Positions 1-15,461 of a stretch of DNA of 64,000 bases are shown one piece after another. Within the stretch, counting starts at the first letter, position 1; every line of letters starts with the position of its first letter. The stretch covers positions 110,732,001-110,796,000 of the forward strand of contig OZ024745.1 in assembly GCA_964016885.1 (NCBI GenBank), read 5' to 3'. The notes beneath the pieces were generated by a model, which did not search any database, was not told where the DNA came from, and saw only the letters and a program-made list of their open reading frames with translations. A program made the position numbers and the translations under genes. Source of the stretch: Eledone cirrhosa. Lineage: Eukaryota.

Positions 1-309
1 ACAGTTTAGTTTAGTATCATAGAACTATAGGCAGCTTTTTGGCAGTTTGGTTTCAGTAGGGCTAAATGTATCTGTTGCTTTAGAATCTAATTGGTTGAAA
101 TAATTAATTTCTATAATTCTTTCTTATAGAAAATTCTGAATTATTTACATTCAAATTAACTCATTTTCAAGCCTTTGTCATCTGATATTAAATTAATTTC
201 AACTCATTTTATTTTATGTTGATGCTGACTTGAATGCAACGTACTATTTTTGTAATTCTGTAATTCTAAATCCCCTTGTAGTAGGATTTACTATTAATTA
301 TCAATAATA

Positions 310-1247
310 AGGGTTGTGGAATGGGAGTGTCGGTTGAGCACCAGACACCATGCTTTGTGGCATATATTTACTGATCTTTACATTCTTAGTTCAAATCCTT
401 CTGAGGTTAGATTTGCTTTCATCCTTATGGGGTTAATAGAATAAAGTACCAGTGATGCACTGGGGTTGATTTAATCAACTTCCCCCTCCCCTCAAAACTT
501 GTTGACTTTGTGCCTAAATCAGAAACCATTATTATTTATTAATTATCAAATAACGAATGTATACAATGAAAAATATTTTAAATTACATATTTATATTGTT
601 AGCTGTTTTTCATTGTTAATATTGTTAATAGTTATTGAAAGGGTAGTAGATTGATAGAATCATGACAATATCCAACAAAATACCTTGTGGTATTTGTTCC
701 ATCCCTATCCAATCTGAAACCACATCAGCTTTGCTTTTCATTCCACCCTCCTGAGGGCTCAATAAAATAAAGTATCAGTCAAACACTGGGGTCGATGTAA
801 TTGACTTACCCCTTACCCCTAAGAATTGCTAGCCTTGTGCCTAAATTAGAAAATATTATTAATAGCTATTGAGGGTGTGGTATTTGCTTTCATCTTTCTA
901 TTGTCTGAGTTCAAATCCCTGTAGGCTCAATTTTGTCTTACATTCCTCCACGGTTGATAAAATAACTAACAGGCATGTAATGATGTCAATTCAATCAACT
1001 ATACCCACCTCCACACAAAAAATGGGCTCTTGTGTTTCAAAGCATTATTAATAGGTGGATTGGCAGTATCGGTAGAGGGTCGGACGCCATGCTTTGACAC
1101 ATAGAGTTACGGCCCTTGCCATTCTGAGTTCAAATCCCGCCAAGGTTAACTTTGGCTTTCATCCTTATGTGGTCGATAAAATAAAGTACCAGTAATGCAC
1201 TGGGTAATTTGGTGGCCTTGTGCCAAAGGTAGAAACAATTATTAATA
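310..1247 (+). mobile_element. Cluster of ~4 tandem-arranged tRNA-derived SINE copies (family A); best copy 1053-1247
   Basis: A-box-like TGGCAGTATCGG and B-box GAGTTCAAATCC, followed by the conserved body 'ctttcatcctt..ggtcgataaaataaagtaccag' and an AT-rich tail; the same sequence recurs many times in the window. Confidence 0.8.
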
Positions 1248-1413
1248 GATAGCTTAAGTTTCAATATTTAGCATTTCTACATTACTATATTTCTAATGAA
1301 AGACATTCACTGTGATTTTCAAATAATTTGAAAATAAATAATTTGGAAGTAATTAGTAATATTACTAAACCATTTCTATATTAAGTTGGTATTTAGAACA
1401 TAACTTTAGAAAA

Positions 1414-1525
1414 GTTTTAATAGAAGGTTTTATTTTCATAGAACAGAATGTTTTAATAGAAGGTTTTATTTTCATAGAACAGAATGTTTTAATAGAAGGT
1501 TTTATTTTCATAGACAGAATGTTTT
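1414..1525. repeat. ~38-bp tandem repeat x3 inside a MITE-like element
   Basis: 'ttttaatagaaggttttattttcatagaacagaatg' repeated three times. Confidence 0.85.
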
Positions 1526-1965
1526 TGTATCATAGAACTGGGAACGGTTTAAGCAGTTTGGTATGAAAAGGGTTAAATTTTTCCTTTATTACTTAATTGA
1601 AATTATCTGTGGGTAGTGGCTGTTTTAAAACTTCGTCACAGAATGCTTAACATTCAGTGTTGCAACATAAAAGGAAACATGTGTTGCATCATAGCTAACA
1701 TGCAATAAGATAATGTAAACCTTACTGCGGTGTTAGTATTTTAGAATATTTTACAGATAACATCTAATCTATTTACTTATTTACAAGATGTACACATTGC
1801 AATGTAACATCCTATTTTATGTAATTTAGCCAATGTTGTTATTGTTGTTTTTATATATACTGTATTTGCTTGTGAGTGGACATATACACTCATTTATAAA
1901 CCTCTTCATATAAACATAAATGTATGTACACAATCTGATGATAATTGTATACATTCATTTATACA

Positions 1966-2093
1966 TGTATGTGTGTATGTATTTATATATATATATATAG
2001 ATAGATATGCCTATGTATATATATATGTATACATGTATATATGTATGTATATATATATGTGTATATATATGTATATATATATGTATATATATG

Positions 2094-2124
<31 letters not shown>

Positions 2125-2231
2125 GTATATATATGTATATATATATGTATATATATATGTATATATATATGTATATATATATGTATATATATATGTATAT
2201 ATATATGTATATATATATGTATATATATATG

Positions 2232-2298
<67 letters not shown>

Positions 2299-2347
2299 AT
2301 ATATATATATGTATATATGTATATATATATATGTATATATATATGTG

Positions 2348-2378
<31 letters not shown>

Positions 2379-2517
2379 GTATATATGTATATATATGTAT
2401 ATGTATATATGTATATATATATATGTATATATATATATGTATGTATATGTATATATATATATATAATATATTATATATATATATATATATATATAATATT
2501 ATATATATATATATATA
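1966..2517. repeat. (TA)n/(TATG) compound microsatellite
   Basis: Direct reading. Confidence 0.98.
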
Positions 2518-2628
2518 GTAATAATAATAAATTTGAAAGAGGGCTCGATAAGGATAAATAAATGTTTCAGAAGATCCCGTTAAGGGTAAAGCAGCGATTC
2601 TATGCTTAAACTTTAATCTGTTATTTTA

Positions 2629-2635
<7 letters not shown>
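2517..2635 (+). mobile_element. Short TA-embedded insert with decayed hammerhead-like motif
   Basis: AAATGTTT CAGAAGA TCCC-gttaa-GGGT AAA GCA..TGC TT AAAC; the core has a T>A change and lacks the G of GAAA. A related copy lacking this core lies at ~14463-14545. Confidence 0.45.
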
Positions 2636-2670
<35 letters not shown>

Positions 2671-3514
2671 TAAAATAACAGATTTATTATTATTACTATA
2701 TATATATATATATATATATACATATATATGTCAGCATCATCATTTAACAGCCATTTTCTCCTGTTAGCAAGGGTTGGATGGGTTATCACCGACCAAATCA
2801 GTACTTAATCAGAACCACTGATCTCTTTGATAGGCTGAGGACAGCATCTTGCTTACATACATTCTGCACTTACAAAGTGCAGCATGCTCTAGGGACGTCA
2901 TGTCTTTGATACAAATGAAGGGTCCTGTCTACACATTGTTTTCTATGACTAGATGCCTTTCCTATTAGCAACCACTTTACAGAGTCTGTCACCCACCCAC
3001 ACACTAAAAGTTATCAGGCTTTGACACAACTGAATTGTCCTTTCAACCCTTTTTCGGCATGGGTTCTACAGCCAAATGCCCTCCCTGTCACCAACCAGCA
3101 TGCAGGGAGTGCTGGGTGTATTTTTCGTGACCCCAGTACCAGAGAGGTCCTCTTAACCCTTTTTTTACATATGGGGTCTACTGCTGGAAACCTTGCCTAA
3201 TACCAACTGGCCTACTGTGTGTATTAAGTATGTCCTATTGTGACCCCAGGACTAGCGAGACTGTCAGTCATTTGACTGAAGAGTAGCTTTTTCCCAGGCA
3301 ATTGAAGGACATAATTTCAAGTTTACTCCTAGTTTTTACTTCCCCAATACATTCACTACAAACAAATCAATCTGCCTATGATCCCACATTTCTTGTGCAC
3401 CGTATGGAACTTCTCTCCCTGCCGCTTCAACATATTGAACAATGCCACTTACCTGATGAATATGTATCTATGTATATATATATATATATCTATGTGTGTG
3501 TGTTTGTGTATGCA

Positions 3515-3546
<32 letters not shown>

Positions 3547-3964
3547 CTTATTGATACATATTATGTTCCGCCGAAGTTAACTTTGCCTTTCGTCTTTACC
3601 GGGGCTGATTAAATAAAGTACCAGTAATGCACTGGGATAATTGGTGGCCTTGTGCCAAACGGAGAAACAATTATTATGTTTGTTAAAACCTTATGGCTTA
3701 CAACTGTACAGCGTTCATCAAATTCCTATGAGGTTACATCTTATACAGGCTCTCTTGGGTGTTTTTATGATATGGGTCCCAGCCCTACCATTCATATGGC
3801 TATGCAGGAAAATAATCCATATATTGTTGCATTAGGTTGATGTTTTCAGTCACTACATAGTGGAGCAAATGGATGTTTATATGGTCGGCTAACTTAGTAG
3901 TTCCAAATCAAAACTATGTGGAATATGGACGTTAAACGATGATGATGATGATAATGATGATGAA

Positions 3965-5110
<1,146 letters not shown>

Positions 5111-5111
5111 T

Positions 5112-5432
5112 CACATAAGAAATCAGTGGTGCGACGAATAAAATTTATTAGACATATTACAATCGTTTCTCTGGCGACCAGCTCGAGGCACGATCAATGC
5201 AATGATCGAGCCTGACTCTGAAATCGCAGAAGAATCGAGACGTATCTGAGGACCTTGCGATTTCAGAGTCAGGTTCAATGATTGCATTGATCGTGCCTCG
5301 AGCTGGTCGCCAGAGAAACGATTGTAATATATCTACTAAATTTTATTCGTCACAGCACTGATTCTCCGTTTCTTAAAAGCATCGAGTGCTCAAACGGCCT
5401 ACCACATACGGACGCTTTAAGCATCCCACACC

Positions 5433-5435
<3 letters not shown>
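5112..5435 (+). mobile_element. Palindromic TA-embedded element (putative Penelope-like remnant)
   Basis: Inverted arms 5121-5228 and 5256-5363, unique 3' extension with GAGTGCT, (TA)n on both sides, contains a hammerhead motif. Confidence 0.7.
5238..5334 (+). ncRNA. Type I hammerhead ribozyme motif with extended stem II
   Basis: AGACGTAT CTGAGGA [~62-nt stem II region] GAAA CGATTG TA ATATATCT; the inverted-arm copy reads ATATGTCT, which restores stem I pairing. Confidence 0.6.
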
Positions 5436-5471
<36 letters not shown>

Positions 5472-5603
5472 CTCTCTCTTCCAATATTATACTAAAACAA
5501 TGATAATAACCAAATCTAAAACTTATAACATACATAACCTTACACACACACACATGAAAATTACAGTTTCCCAAGTCTCTAAGCTTGTAGGTTAACAAGT
5601 TAA

Positions 5604-6210
5604 CCCATTTGATTCCGAACCTACCTGAAACCAGCCTCGTTTTATGATATAAAACTGACAGTTTTTAAGTGTTCATATATATCTTAACCCTTTAGCATTT
5701 AAACTGGCCGTATCCGGTTACAAAATGCCATATATCACTACAATACCCCTACGACTCCACCAGGTGTTACAGGTTCACATATACATTTATCTATAACCCT
5801 TTAGCATTTAAAATGGCCGTATCCAACTAGAATTTTCTTACCTCTTTCTGTTCAAACTGGCTGTAACCGGCCACTCATACAGATGTTAAGGTATTGTTCT
5901 CAAAATAAATAATATCAGAATCTCATAGCTTTGATATTATGTAAGATAATTATATGTGGTAAAGCCTTTACTGTGAAAATACCATAGTATATCTCATAGA
6001 GTAATGTAAATGCTGAAGAATTAAATAAACACTTCAATAATAACTTTTTTGAAATAATTTTATTCAAATGATGTTCCAAACAGCAACTTACTAATGAAGA
6101 TGTTAGTCACTTTATTAAATTTCTCCATTTTATTGTTGAGATTATTATTTTCAAAAGTATGTGAAACATTTAGGTCATATATTTCATTAGGTATATGGGT
6201 ACGAAAAGGG
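5604..6210. mobile_element. TTAA-flanked piggyBac-like MITE with a second MITE nested at ~5688-6020
   Basis: ttaa-CCC...GGG-ttaa termini; the inner element is a reverse copy of the 21535-21754 MITE. Confidence 0.6.
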
Positions 6211-6585
6211 TTAATGGTTGTTGGTTCATATCTAGCTACAAGTGCTACACCCTGTCTGCAGCAAGGACAATTAAGGGTAGGGTTTAAATGGTTGAATCCT
6301 ACTAATGGCATATTGGTACCAACTACATTTATTCAGATGTTCCATTTTGATGTTTGGGCTTGGGTCAGCTACGTTAAAGGAGACCCATGATCCAAGAAAG
6401 GGGTTCAGGTCTTGATTACCTTTGAATTAACTACTCAGCCACTTCATATCTACTACTTTCCTGACATTTATACATTATTCTATGTACACACGTGTGTGTG
6501 TATTCGTATTTATATACACATGCACATATATATGTAACTATATATGTAACTATATATGAATATATATATACATATATATATATGT

Positions 6586-6694
<109 letters not shown>

Positions 6695-6717
6695 TATATA
6701 TATATATATATATATAT

Positions 6718-6826
<109 letters not shown>

Positions 6827-7041
6827 TATTTATATATATTTATATATCTACATATATATTTATATATATATATATATATATTTATATATCTACATATATA
6901 TTTATATATATATATATTTATATATCTACATATATATTTATATATATATATATATTTAACACCACCACCACACTCTCAAGAGCGTGAAACTAATAAACCT
7001 TTGTTCGTACTGCCTCTCTGTTTTGTTCCCGTTCAATTTTT

Positions 7042-7084
<43 letters not shown>

Positions 7085-7087
<3 letters not shown>

Positions 7088-7280
7088 GTAACACGGTAAA
7101 AACCTCCCAGTCCACTCTGTAAACGTGGTTGGTGTTAGGAAGGGCATCCAGCCGTAGAAAACCTGCCAGACAGTCCTATACGAGCAGGACAACCAATCTT
7201 GCCTCAAGTGGGAAAACTCCCGTCCAGACCCATGCAAGCGTGGAATATGGACGTTAAACGATGATGATGATCATGATCAT
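7085..7280 (+). mobile_element. 3' part of (GAT)n-tailed SINE/RTE-type repeat (family B)
   Basis: 'gttggtgttaggaagggcatccagc...cccatgcaagcgtggaatatggacgttaaacgatgatg'; further copies at ~17095-17355(-), 19320-19530(+), 31570-31905(+), 39350-39520(+), 42820-42960(+). Confidence 0.8.
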
Positions 7281-7294
7281 GATATATATTTATC

Positions 7295-7391
<97 letters not shown>

Positions 7392-7516
7392 TGTAGGAGG
7401 TGAGTTTTATTGTAGCACAATAAAGCAATGCAAATATCGGATAAGTAGCACTCAACAGTTTATAGGACTGGAGTATAAATAATATAAGATCAAAAGATGG
7501 TTAAAAGAGTTCCATG

Positions 7517-7587
7517 TATTTTATTATGCGCATTTCAAAAACAAATATCATCATGGGATGATATTTGCGTTCTCATCAGATAAAATA
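7517..7587 (-). ncRNA. Type I hammerhead ribozyme, intact core
   Basis: Minus strand: TATTTTAT CTGATGA gaacgCAAATATCAT-cccatg-ATGATATTTGttttt GAAA TGCGCA TA ATAAAATA; perfect 8-bp stem I, palindromic minimal stem III, AUA cleavage triplet. Confidence 0.85.
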
Positions 7588-7683
7588 GGGAGACATGATA
7601 TGAAGCTTAAAAAACACTTGCGAGCAGTTGATTTAACACTTCACTGCTCGCAAGTGTTTTTTAAGCTTCATATCATGTCTCCC

Positions 7684-7754
7684 TATTTTATCTGATGAGA
7701 ACGCAAATATCATCTCATGATGATATTTGTTTTTGAAATGCACATGATAAAATA
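7684..7754 (+). ncRNA. Hammerhead copy in the inverted arm, cleavage site mutated
   Basis: Same as 7517-7587 but reads GAAA TGCACA TG (UH changed to UG, stem III palindrome broken). Confidence 0.7.
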
Positions 7755-7782
7755 CATGGAACTCTTTTAACCATCTTTTGAT

Positions 7783-7825
<43 letters not shown>

Positions 7826-7829
<4 letters not shown>

Positions 7830-8043
7830 TTAATATAGAAGAGATTCTACAGGACTAGAACTGTTTCATTCATTAGAAATCATCAGGAATCTGGGTATTT
7901 TTTGATACCCAGATTCCTGATGATTTCTAATGAATGAAACAGTTCTAGTCCTGTAGAATCTCTTCTATATTAAAACTGTTATACTCTGCTATGTATTGAG
8001 TACCTTACTTACTGTGGTTACCTCCGATTCAACCCGGAATAAC

Positions 8044-8044
<1 letters not shown>
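7826..8044 (+). mobile_element. Palindromic TA-embedded element with a hammerhead on each strand
   Basis: Perfect 73-bp arms 7826-7898 and 7905-7977; 3' extension with TGAGTACC; (TA)n flanks. Confidence 0.75.
7911..7961 (+). ncRNA. Type I hammerhead ribozyme (mirror copy at 7842-7892, minus strand)
   Basis: AGATTC CTGATGA tTTC-taat-GAAt GAAA CAG-ttctagtc-CTG TA GAATCT; stems I and III pair, GUA cleavage triplet. Confidence 0.85.
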
Positions 8045-8111
<67 letters not shown>

Positions 8112-8214
8112 ATATGTATATATTCTGTAGTAAAAGTTAGGTAGAAATATCCAAGGGTAAGAGCACTCAGTCCATAGGACGAGTTTGTTATAAATAGTTA
8201 CAGCAGTGATATAA

Positions 8215-8264
8215 ACAGGTACTTAAGTTTTGTTGGGTTCTGGACCCCAATTCATTCAGCCTGT
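8215..8264 (-). ncRNA. Decayed hammerhead within TA-embedded insert 8122-8270
   Basis: Minus strand: ACAGG CTGAATGA aTTGGG-gtccagaa-CCCAAc AAAA CTTAAG TA CCTGT; GAAA mutated to AAAA and one extra core base. Confidence 0.65.
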
Positions 8265-8266
8265 CA

Positions 8267-8350
<84 letters not shown>

Positions 8351-8659
8351 CTCATAACACTTTTCAGATCCTCTGAAACCAGTGCAAAGAGAGGGAGGAA
8401 TGAAATGTTCTTCAAATCAGATGTTGGCCCTTGGGTGGCCTTTAGCAGGGTCCATTCTAGCCCAAATGCTACCAACAGAATAGATTCTGCTAACTAATCT
8501 ATAGGGCCAGCTGGTAGTATTAAATGACCATATTTCTAATGAAACCTACTCCTTATGATTTAGAAATAATTTTGAAAATAATGAAGCTTTTTAGGGTGAT
8601 TCAATAATATAACCAAGTTTCTCATTATTAAATGGGAGTTTTAAATATATAATATAATA

Positions 8660-8870
8660 ATGATTTCTTTATTAACCACAAGGGTTTACATAAAGTAGAC
8701 ATTAAGGACAGTGCAGGACAATACAGTACGGTACAAATGGGCATTTCTGCGTGTAAAAAACAAAAACAGAGGATGTAACAAAAAATAACAATGAAAAATT
8801 CCCCAATAGGAGGGAGACTTCGGAGGGACATTTGTGGAGAAAGCCCAGTAAAAGGCCACAGTGACCCTAA
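8660..8870 (-). mobile_element. 3' UTR fragment of Tx1/L1-type LINE
   Basis: Similar to 28200-28330 ('ctattgggga.ttt..attgttat...ccttgtgg.taataaagaaat'). Confidence 0.55.
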
Positions 8871-9448
8871 TTTACATGTTCTTCTATAAAACTACTTTAA
8901 AATAAACAGTTTTGAATCATAGAACCAGGGGTAGTTTCAGATAGTTTTTTTTTTATTAAAAGAGTTAAGTCAGGCTTCCAAGTAGACCCCATATATATAC
9001 ATAGATACATATATATTGGTATATGTGATAGATAATTCGAAACCAAAATATATAATGGAGTAATTAAAATTCAAACTGTATATATATATTTAGGAAAGAA
9101 AAATGAAAAATGGATTGTTAGACACTGATATACATACTCACATACACATGCATACATGCGTGCACACACACATGCATGCATGCGTGCACACACACATATG
9201 CATGCGCGGACACACACATATTCTAATATAACTTAGTTAAATATTTTACATATTCCTCAAGGATATTTTTTCATGCTTTTAGTGATTTCAGTCAATAGAC
9301 TACGGCCATACTGGGGCATCACTACTTCAACTTAGTTGATTATATTGACCCCAGAACATTATAAAATCTTGTATTTATATTATCGATTTCATTTTTCATT
9401 GAACTACTAATTTACGGGACATAAATGCATACACAAAGACTAACACAC

Positions 9449-9483
<35 letters not shown>

Positions 9484-9514
9484 CAGACACATATATATAT
9501 ATATATATTATATA

Positions 9515-9900
9515 TGGGTGATGGATTGGCAGTATTGCTTTGTAATATATAGTTTCAGTCCTTTACCTTCTGAGTTCAAATCCTGCTGAAGTTCACTTAG
9601 CTTTTCATCCTTACAAGGCTGACAAAATAAAGTACCAGTACTGGAGCCGATTTAATCATCCTTGTGCCTAAATCAGAAACCATTATTATTATTATTATAA
9701 GGGTGGTGGGTGGATTGGCAGTATCGTTAGAGGGGCGGATGCCATGGTTTGCAGCCTGGAGTTACGGGCCTTTACGATCTGAGTTCAAATCCCGCCGAGG
9801 TTAACTTTGCCTTTCATCCTTACGGGGGTCGATAAAATAAAGTACCAGTAATGCACTGGGATGATTGCTGGTCTTGTGCCAAAAGTAGAAACAATTATTA
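9515..9900 (+). mobile_element. Two tandem family A SINE copies (best 9700-9900)
   Basis: Close match to 1053-1247. Other copies: 3560-3675, 26693-26792(-), 40220-40420, 40605-40710, 41505-41690(-), 43935-44225(-, two), 47345-47560(-). Confidence 0.8.
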
Positions 9901-10576
9901 TTATTATTATTATTATATATATATATCAGATAGGCTTCTACAGTTTTCATCTAAGAAATTCTATTGAAGAGGCATTCGTCCATTTGTAGGGATAGTAGAA
10001 GGCCCTTTCCTAAGGGGCTGTACAGCAGGACTGAACCCAGAACCATGTGGTTGCAAAGCAGATTCCTTAATTATACAGCCATGTCTGCATATATATATAT
10101 ATATACATATATATATAAGAAGTGTGTTATGTATGTATGTATAGATGCATGTATACATGTATACATGTATTCATGCATGTATGTATACATTTTATATAAA
10201 ATTATTTTGATGCTAGCAGGGAAAACAGACATTAAATGATGATGAAATGTGTGTGCATTGACTGACACATAAATATATTCATACATATATGTATATATAT
10301 ATATATCATCATCATCAATATATATATATATATGTTTGTGCATATGTATATATGCATATATATCATCATCATCACTGTTTTACGTCTGTTTTTTTTGCAT
10401 GCTTGGAGGGGTTGGACAAGTCCTCTCCAGCTTAACACCTCTCTGTTTGTCTCAGTCCTTCGTCAAGCCAATCCTTACCTCTGGGATTTCTTACCACTTC
10501 ACCCAATGGATCATCAGCATGACTACATATACACACACACACACGCACGCATATATATCAGGAATTTCACACCCTA

Positions 10577-10736
<160 letters not shown>

Positions 10737-10737
10737 A

Positions 10738-10949
10738 GGCGTGTGGGTGAGTGGTTAGAGAATTGGATTCGCAATCGTAAGGTTGTGAGTTCGATTCCTG
10801 GACCAGGCTATGCGTTATGTCCTTGAGCAAGACACTTTATTTCACGTTGCTCCTTCTACCTGGAGTTGCGACCGATAGATAGTATTAGCAATTGGAAAGA
10901 CCAACGGAAACATTGTTCCCTCGGTCCGATTTGACGAAAGTCGAACGTT

Positions 10950-10951
<2 letters not shown>
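10738..10951 (+). mobile_element. tRNA-derived CORE-type SINE with a distinct 3' tail
   Basis: tRNA-like head (GAGTGGTTAGAG..GAGTTCGATTCC) followed by the CORE-like 'gtccttgagcaagacactt'; close reverse copy at 35725-35944. Confidence 0.8.
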
Positions 10952-10996
<45 letters not shown>

Positions 10997-11257
10997 TCAT
11001 CATCATCATCATCTTCGTTTAACGTCCATTTTCCACGCTAGCATGGGTTAGACGGTTTGTGTATGTATATATACATATATATACATACACAAACACACAC
11101 ACACACAGAGGCACATATTTATGAGTAGGGCAAAATGCCTTGCAGTATTTCTACAAATTCCTTTGAGGTCACCTTTGTCTACCATCTTTCCGGGTGGGAT
11201 AAAATAAAGTACCAGCTATGTACTGGGGGTAAGTTTAATCAACAGCCATCAGCTGGT

Positions 11258-11297
<40 letters not shown>

Positions 11298-11308
11298 AGT
11301 TTGTGTAG

Positions 11309-11343
<35 letters not shown>

Positions 11344-11348
11344 TTGTG

Positions 11349-11414
<66 letters not shown>

Positions 11415-11658
11415 AATATATATATATAAATACATATTTATTATTATTATTATAGGGATTCCCTGCCATGTTAACTTAATCTTAGGACAGAGAATCATTA
11501 TAATGACAACACTTTTAAATATATAGTTGAATAATGGTAAAATTAATCTTTACTAGTAATATCACATACATAAATATGTATATGTATGTTTATATATAAT
11601 AATATATGGATGTGTATATATATATATATATTTGTATATATATATATACATATACATA

Positions 11659-11689
<31 letters not shown>

Positions 11690-11883
11690 GCATATGTATA
11701 TATATATATGTTTATGTCTATTTATGTGTATATATATATATATATATATTTAGACATACATATGTATATATGTATATGTGTATATATATATATATATATG
11801 CATATATATATATATATATATTGGCAAAGTAAAAAATAAAAACAAAAACAAGGAGTGCAGTTACGAACAGTGTTGGTATTAGT

Positions 11884-11918
<35 letters not shown>

Positions 11919-12218
11919 GAGAGTGCTGGTAGGCTTTTATTCCAGGTCTGAGCTTTCAAATCGCGCAGAGGTCCACTTTTCACTTTCTTCTTTTTTCAGT
12001 GCTAGTAAAGTAAATACCAGCCTAGTAGTTCTAGTGCAACCCTCTCTTTTCCCAGCTATTACATTCTGGGTGTTCTCCTGGATCAAGTGGTAGTGGGGAA
12101 CAGGGTGTCTTTGTCTACTTTCCATTGCATGAGCCCCTAAAACCCTTAAAATGAATGCATAGTACATAGTAGTAACTCATATCCAAGTCATACCAAATTA
12201 CGTATTTTGTTTGTTTTA

Positions 12219-13224
<1,006 letters not shown>

Positions 13225-13334
13225 ATCATCATCATCATCATCATCATCAGCATTTCACCACTTGCCGCATTCCTTCGTCATCTCTTCTGTGAGTCTCAGC
13301 ATACATATATATAAATATATTTATATACATATAC

Positions 13335-13373
<39 letters not shown>

Positions 13374-13406
13374 CATGTATATATACATACATGTATATAC
13401 ATATAC

Positions 13407-13445
<39 letters not shown>

Positions 13446-14003
13446 CATGTATATACACACACACACATGTGTGTGTATGCATATGTGAGTATATATATAC
13501 ACATACATGCGTGACTTCTTGAATATCTGTTTCTATGTATATATATATTTGTGTATATGTTTGCACACAAAATATACACTTATTTCGAATTACATTCACA
13601 CATTATAAACATCATCACCATAACCATCATCATTTTATATCTTGTTCATTCTTTTACATATGTATGTGTGGTACGTATATGTATATAAATGAAAAGTATA
13701 GAAATTATTGTAGCAAGAAGCCAACAGTATTCCATAATATAAGTGACTATAGCGTCAAAATGGAAAAATAGTTAACGTAAGATGTGGGAAAATAATTCAA
13801 ACTCAATTCAAAAAGAATCAGGATATAGATTCATCCACAGAATTTGGTGAAATCCAGGGAAAAATCAATAGAGCCTTAACTCAGAATAAAATAAAGTTTA
13901 AATACTCATCCTTCAATTTGGAAAAACAACAAATGCTCTGTATAGTCTTAAAGACTATTTCACGAAACTTTCAGTGGGGATGGTCACGGTTGGAATCGAT
14001 CAT

Positions 14004-14060
<57 letters not shown>

Positions 14061-14178
14061 TTATATATATATTTATATATATATACACACTTACTTATAT
14101 CCATATATATATATGTATATCCATATATGGATGTGCATATATGTATATATATAATATATGTGTGTATATATATATATA

Positions 14179-14445
14179 TCATCATCATCATCATCACTTT
14201 GCGTCCACTGTTCCCTGCTTGCAAGGCTGGGACGGGAATTGATTCTGGCTTGATTTCTACAGCTGGATTCCCTTCCTAACACCAACCTCATTTACAGTGA
14301 GTGCTGGGTGCTTTTTTGCCGTGGCACCTCCACGACCACTTTGCAGTGGAATGATAGGGACCCCAGTCCCTATCATCTCATTTCTACAACTGAGTAAACT
14401 GGAGCAATTTGAAATAAAGTGTCTTGCTCAAGGAAACAACACATC
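14179..14445 (-). mobile_element. 5'-truncated CORE-type SINE with (GAT)n tail
   Basis: Reverse copy of 22645-22985. Confidence 0.8.
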
Positions 14446-14704
14446 ATATATACATATATATATAGTAATAATAATAAATGTAAAGGCTAAAATCCAAAGA
14501 GGGCTCGATTCTTTGCTTAAATTTTAATCTGTTATTTTAATAAATATACATATATATATATGCATACATATATATGCATACATACATATATATATATAAA
14601 TATACTTTTTGTGGTATATAAATGTTGAGATTTGTTGTAATAAATCACTGCCAATACTGGAATTGAACTATCAAGACCGTTGAGGTATGTCATACATCAA
14701 TTCA

Positions 14705-14770
14705 TGTATTTTATCTGACGAGGACGGACTGAAAGAGCAGCACAGTACCTTCGAAATATATATAATACAA
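14705..14770 (+). ncRNA. Hammerhead motif in TA-embedded insert ~14605-14920
   Basis: TGTATTTTAT CTGACGA GGAcggACTG..CAGTaccTTC GAAA TATATA TA ATACAAC; intact core, palindromic stem III, decayed stem I; GAGTGCT at 14848. Confidence 0.65.
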
Positions 14771-14913
14771 CATATATTTTGATTATGTGAATGTCTTCAT
14801 TTATTATTATTATGATATAATAATAACTCCAGAAAACGTTTACTGTAGAGTGCTTTTAATCTATTGTAAAACTATATTCATTGAGTAATCAATGAACCAT
14901 ATTAATCTTTGGT

Positions 14914-14954
<41 letters not shown>

Positions 14955-15017
14955 CGTAAAATAAGAAAATATTTTTAAAAAAATTTTTTATATATATATC
15001 TTTGGTTATAAATACAC

Positions 15018-15048
<31 letters not shown>

Positions 15049-15050
15049 AA

Positions 15051-15081
<31 letters not shown>

Positions 15082-15216
15082 CTTTGGTTATAAATAAATA
15101 TATATATATATGTATATATATATGTATATATGTATCTTTGGTTATAAATAAATATATATATATATATGTTTATATGTATCTTTGGTTATAAATAAATATA
15201 TATATATGTGTATATA

Positions 15217-15283
<67 letters not shown>

Positions 15284-15461
15284 TTGTTTGTATGTGTGTA
15301 ACATCCATTCATAGTGTGAGTATAAACATTTTTATATATCACCTATTATGTAGTTAACATGAAATTGATGCTGATGCAGATGGTGTATTCATACATGATA
15401 TTTTGTGCGTGTACATGTGTGCACCATGTGTGTACCATGTGTGTATGCACGTGTATGCATA

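Larger units (their letters stand above)
7390..7789 (-). mobile_element. Palindromic TA-embedded element (putative Penelope-like remnant)
   Basis: 147-bp inverted arms 7482-7628 and 7643-7789; unique extension 7390-7481 with TGAGTGCT on the minus strand; (TA)n flanks. Confidence 0.75.

Noticed and set aside
10738-10810. tRNA gene-like sequence (also 22647-22715, 24640-24705, 35870-35940, 37810-37878)
   Set aside because: No proper acceptor stem, and most continue into SINE bodies, so these are SINE heads
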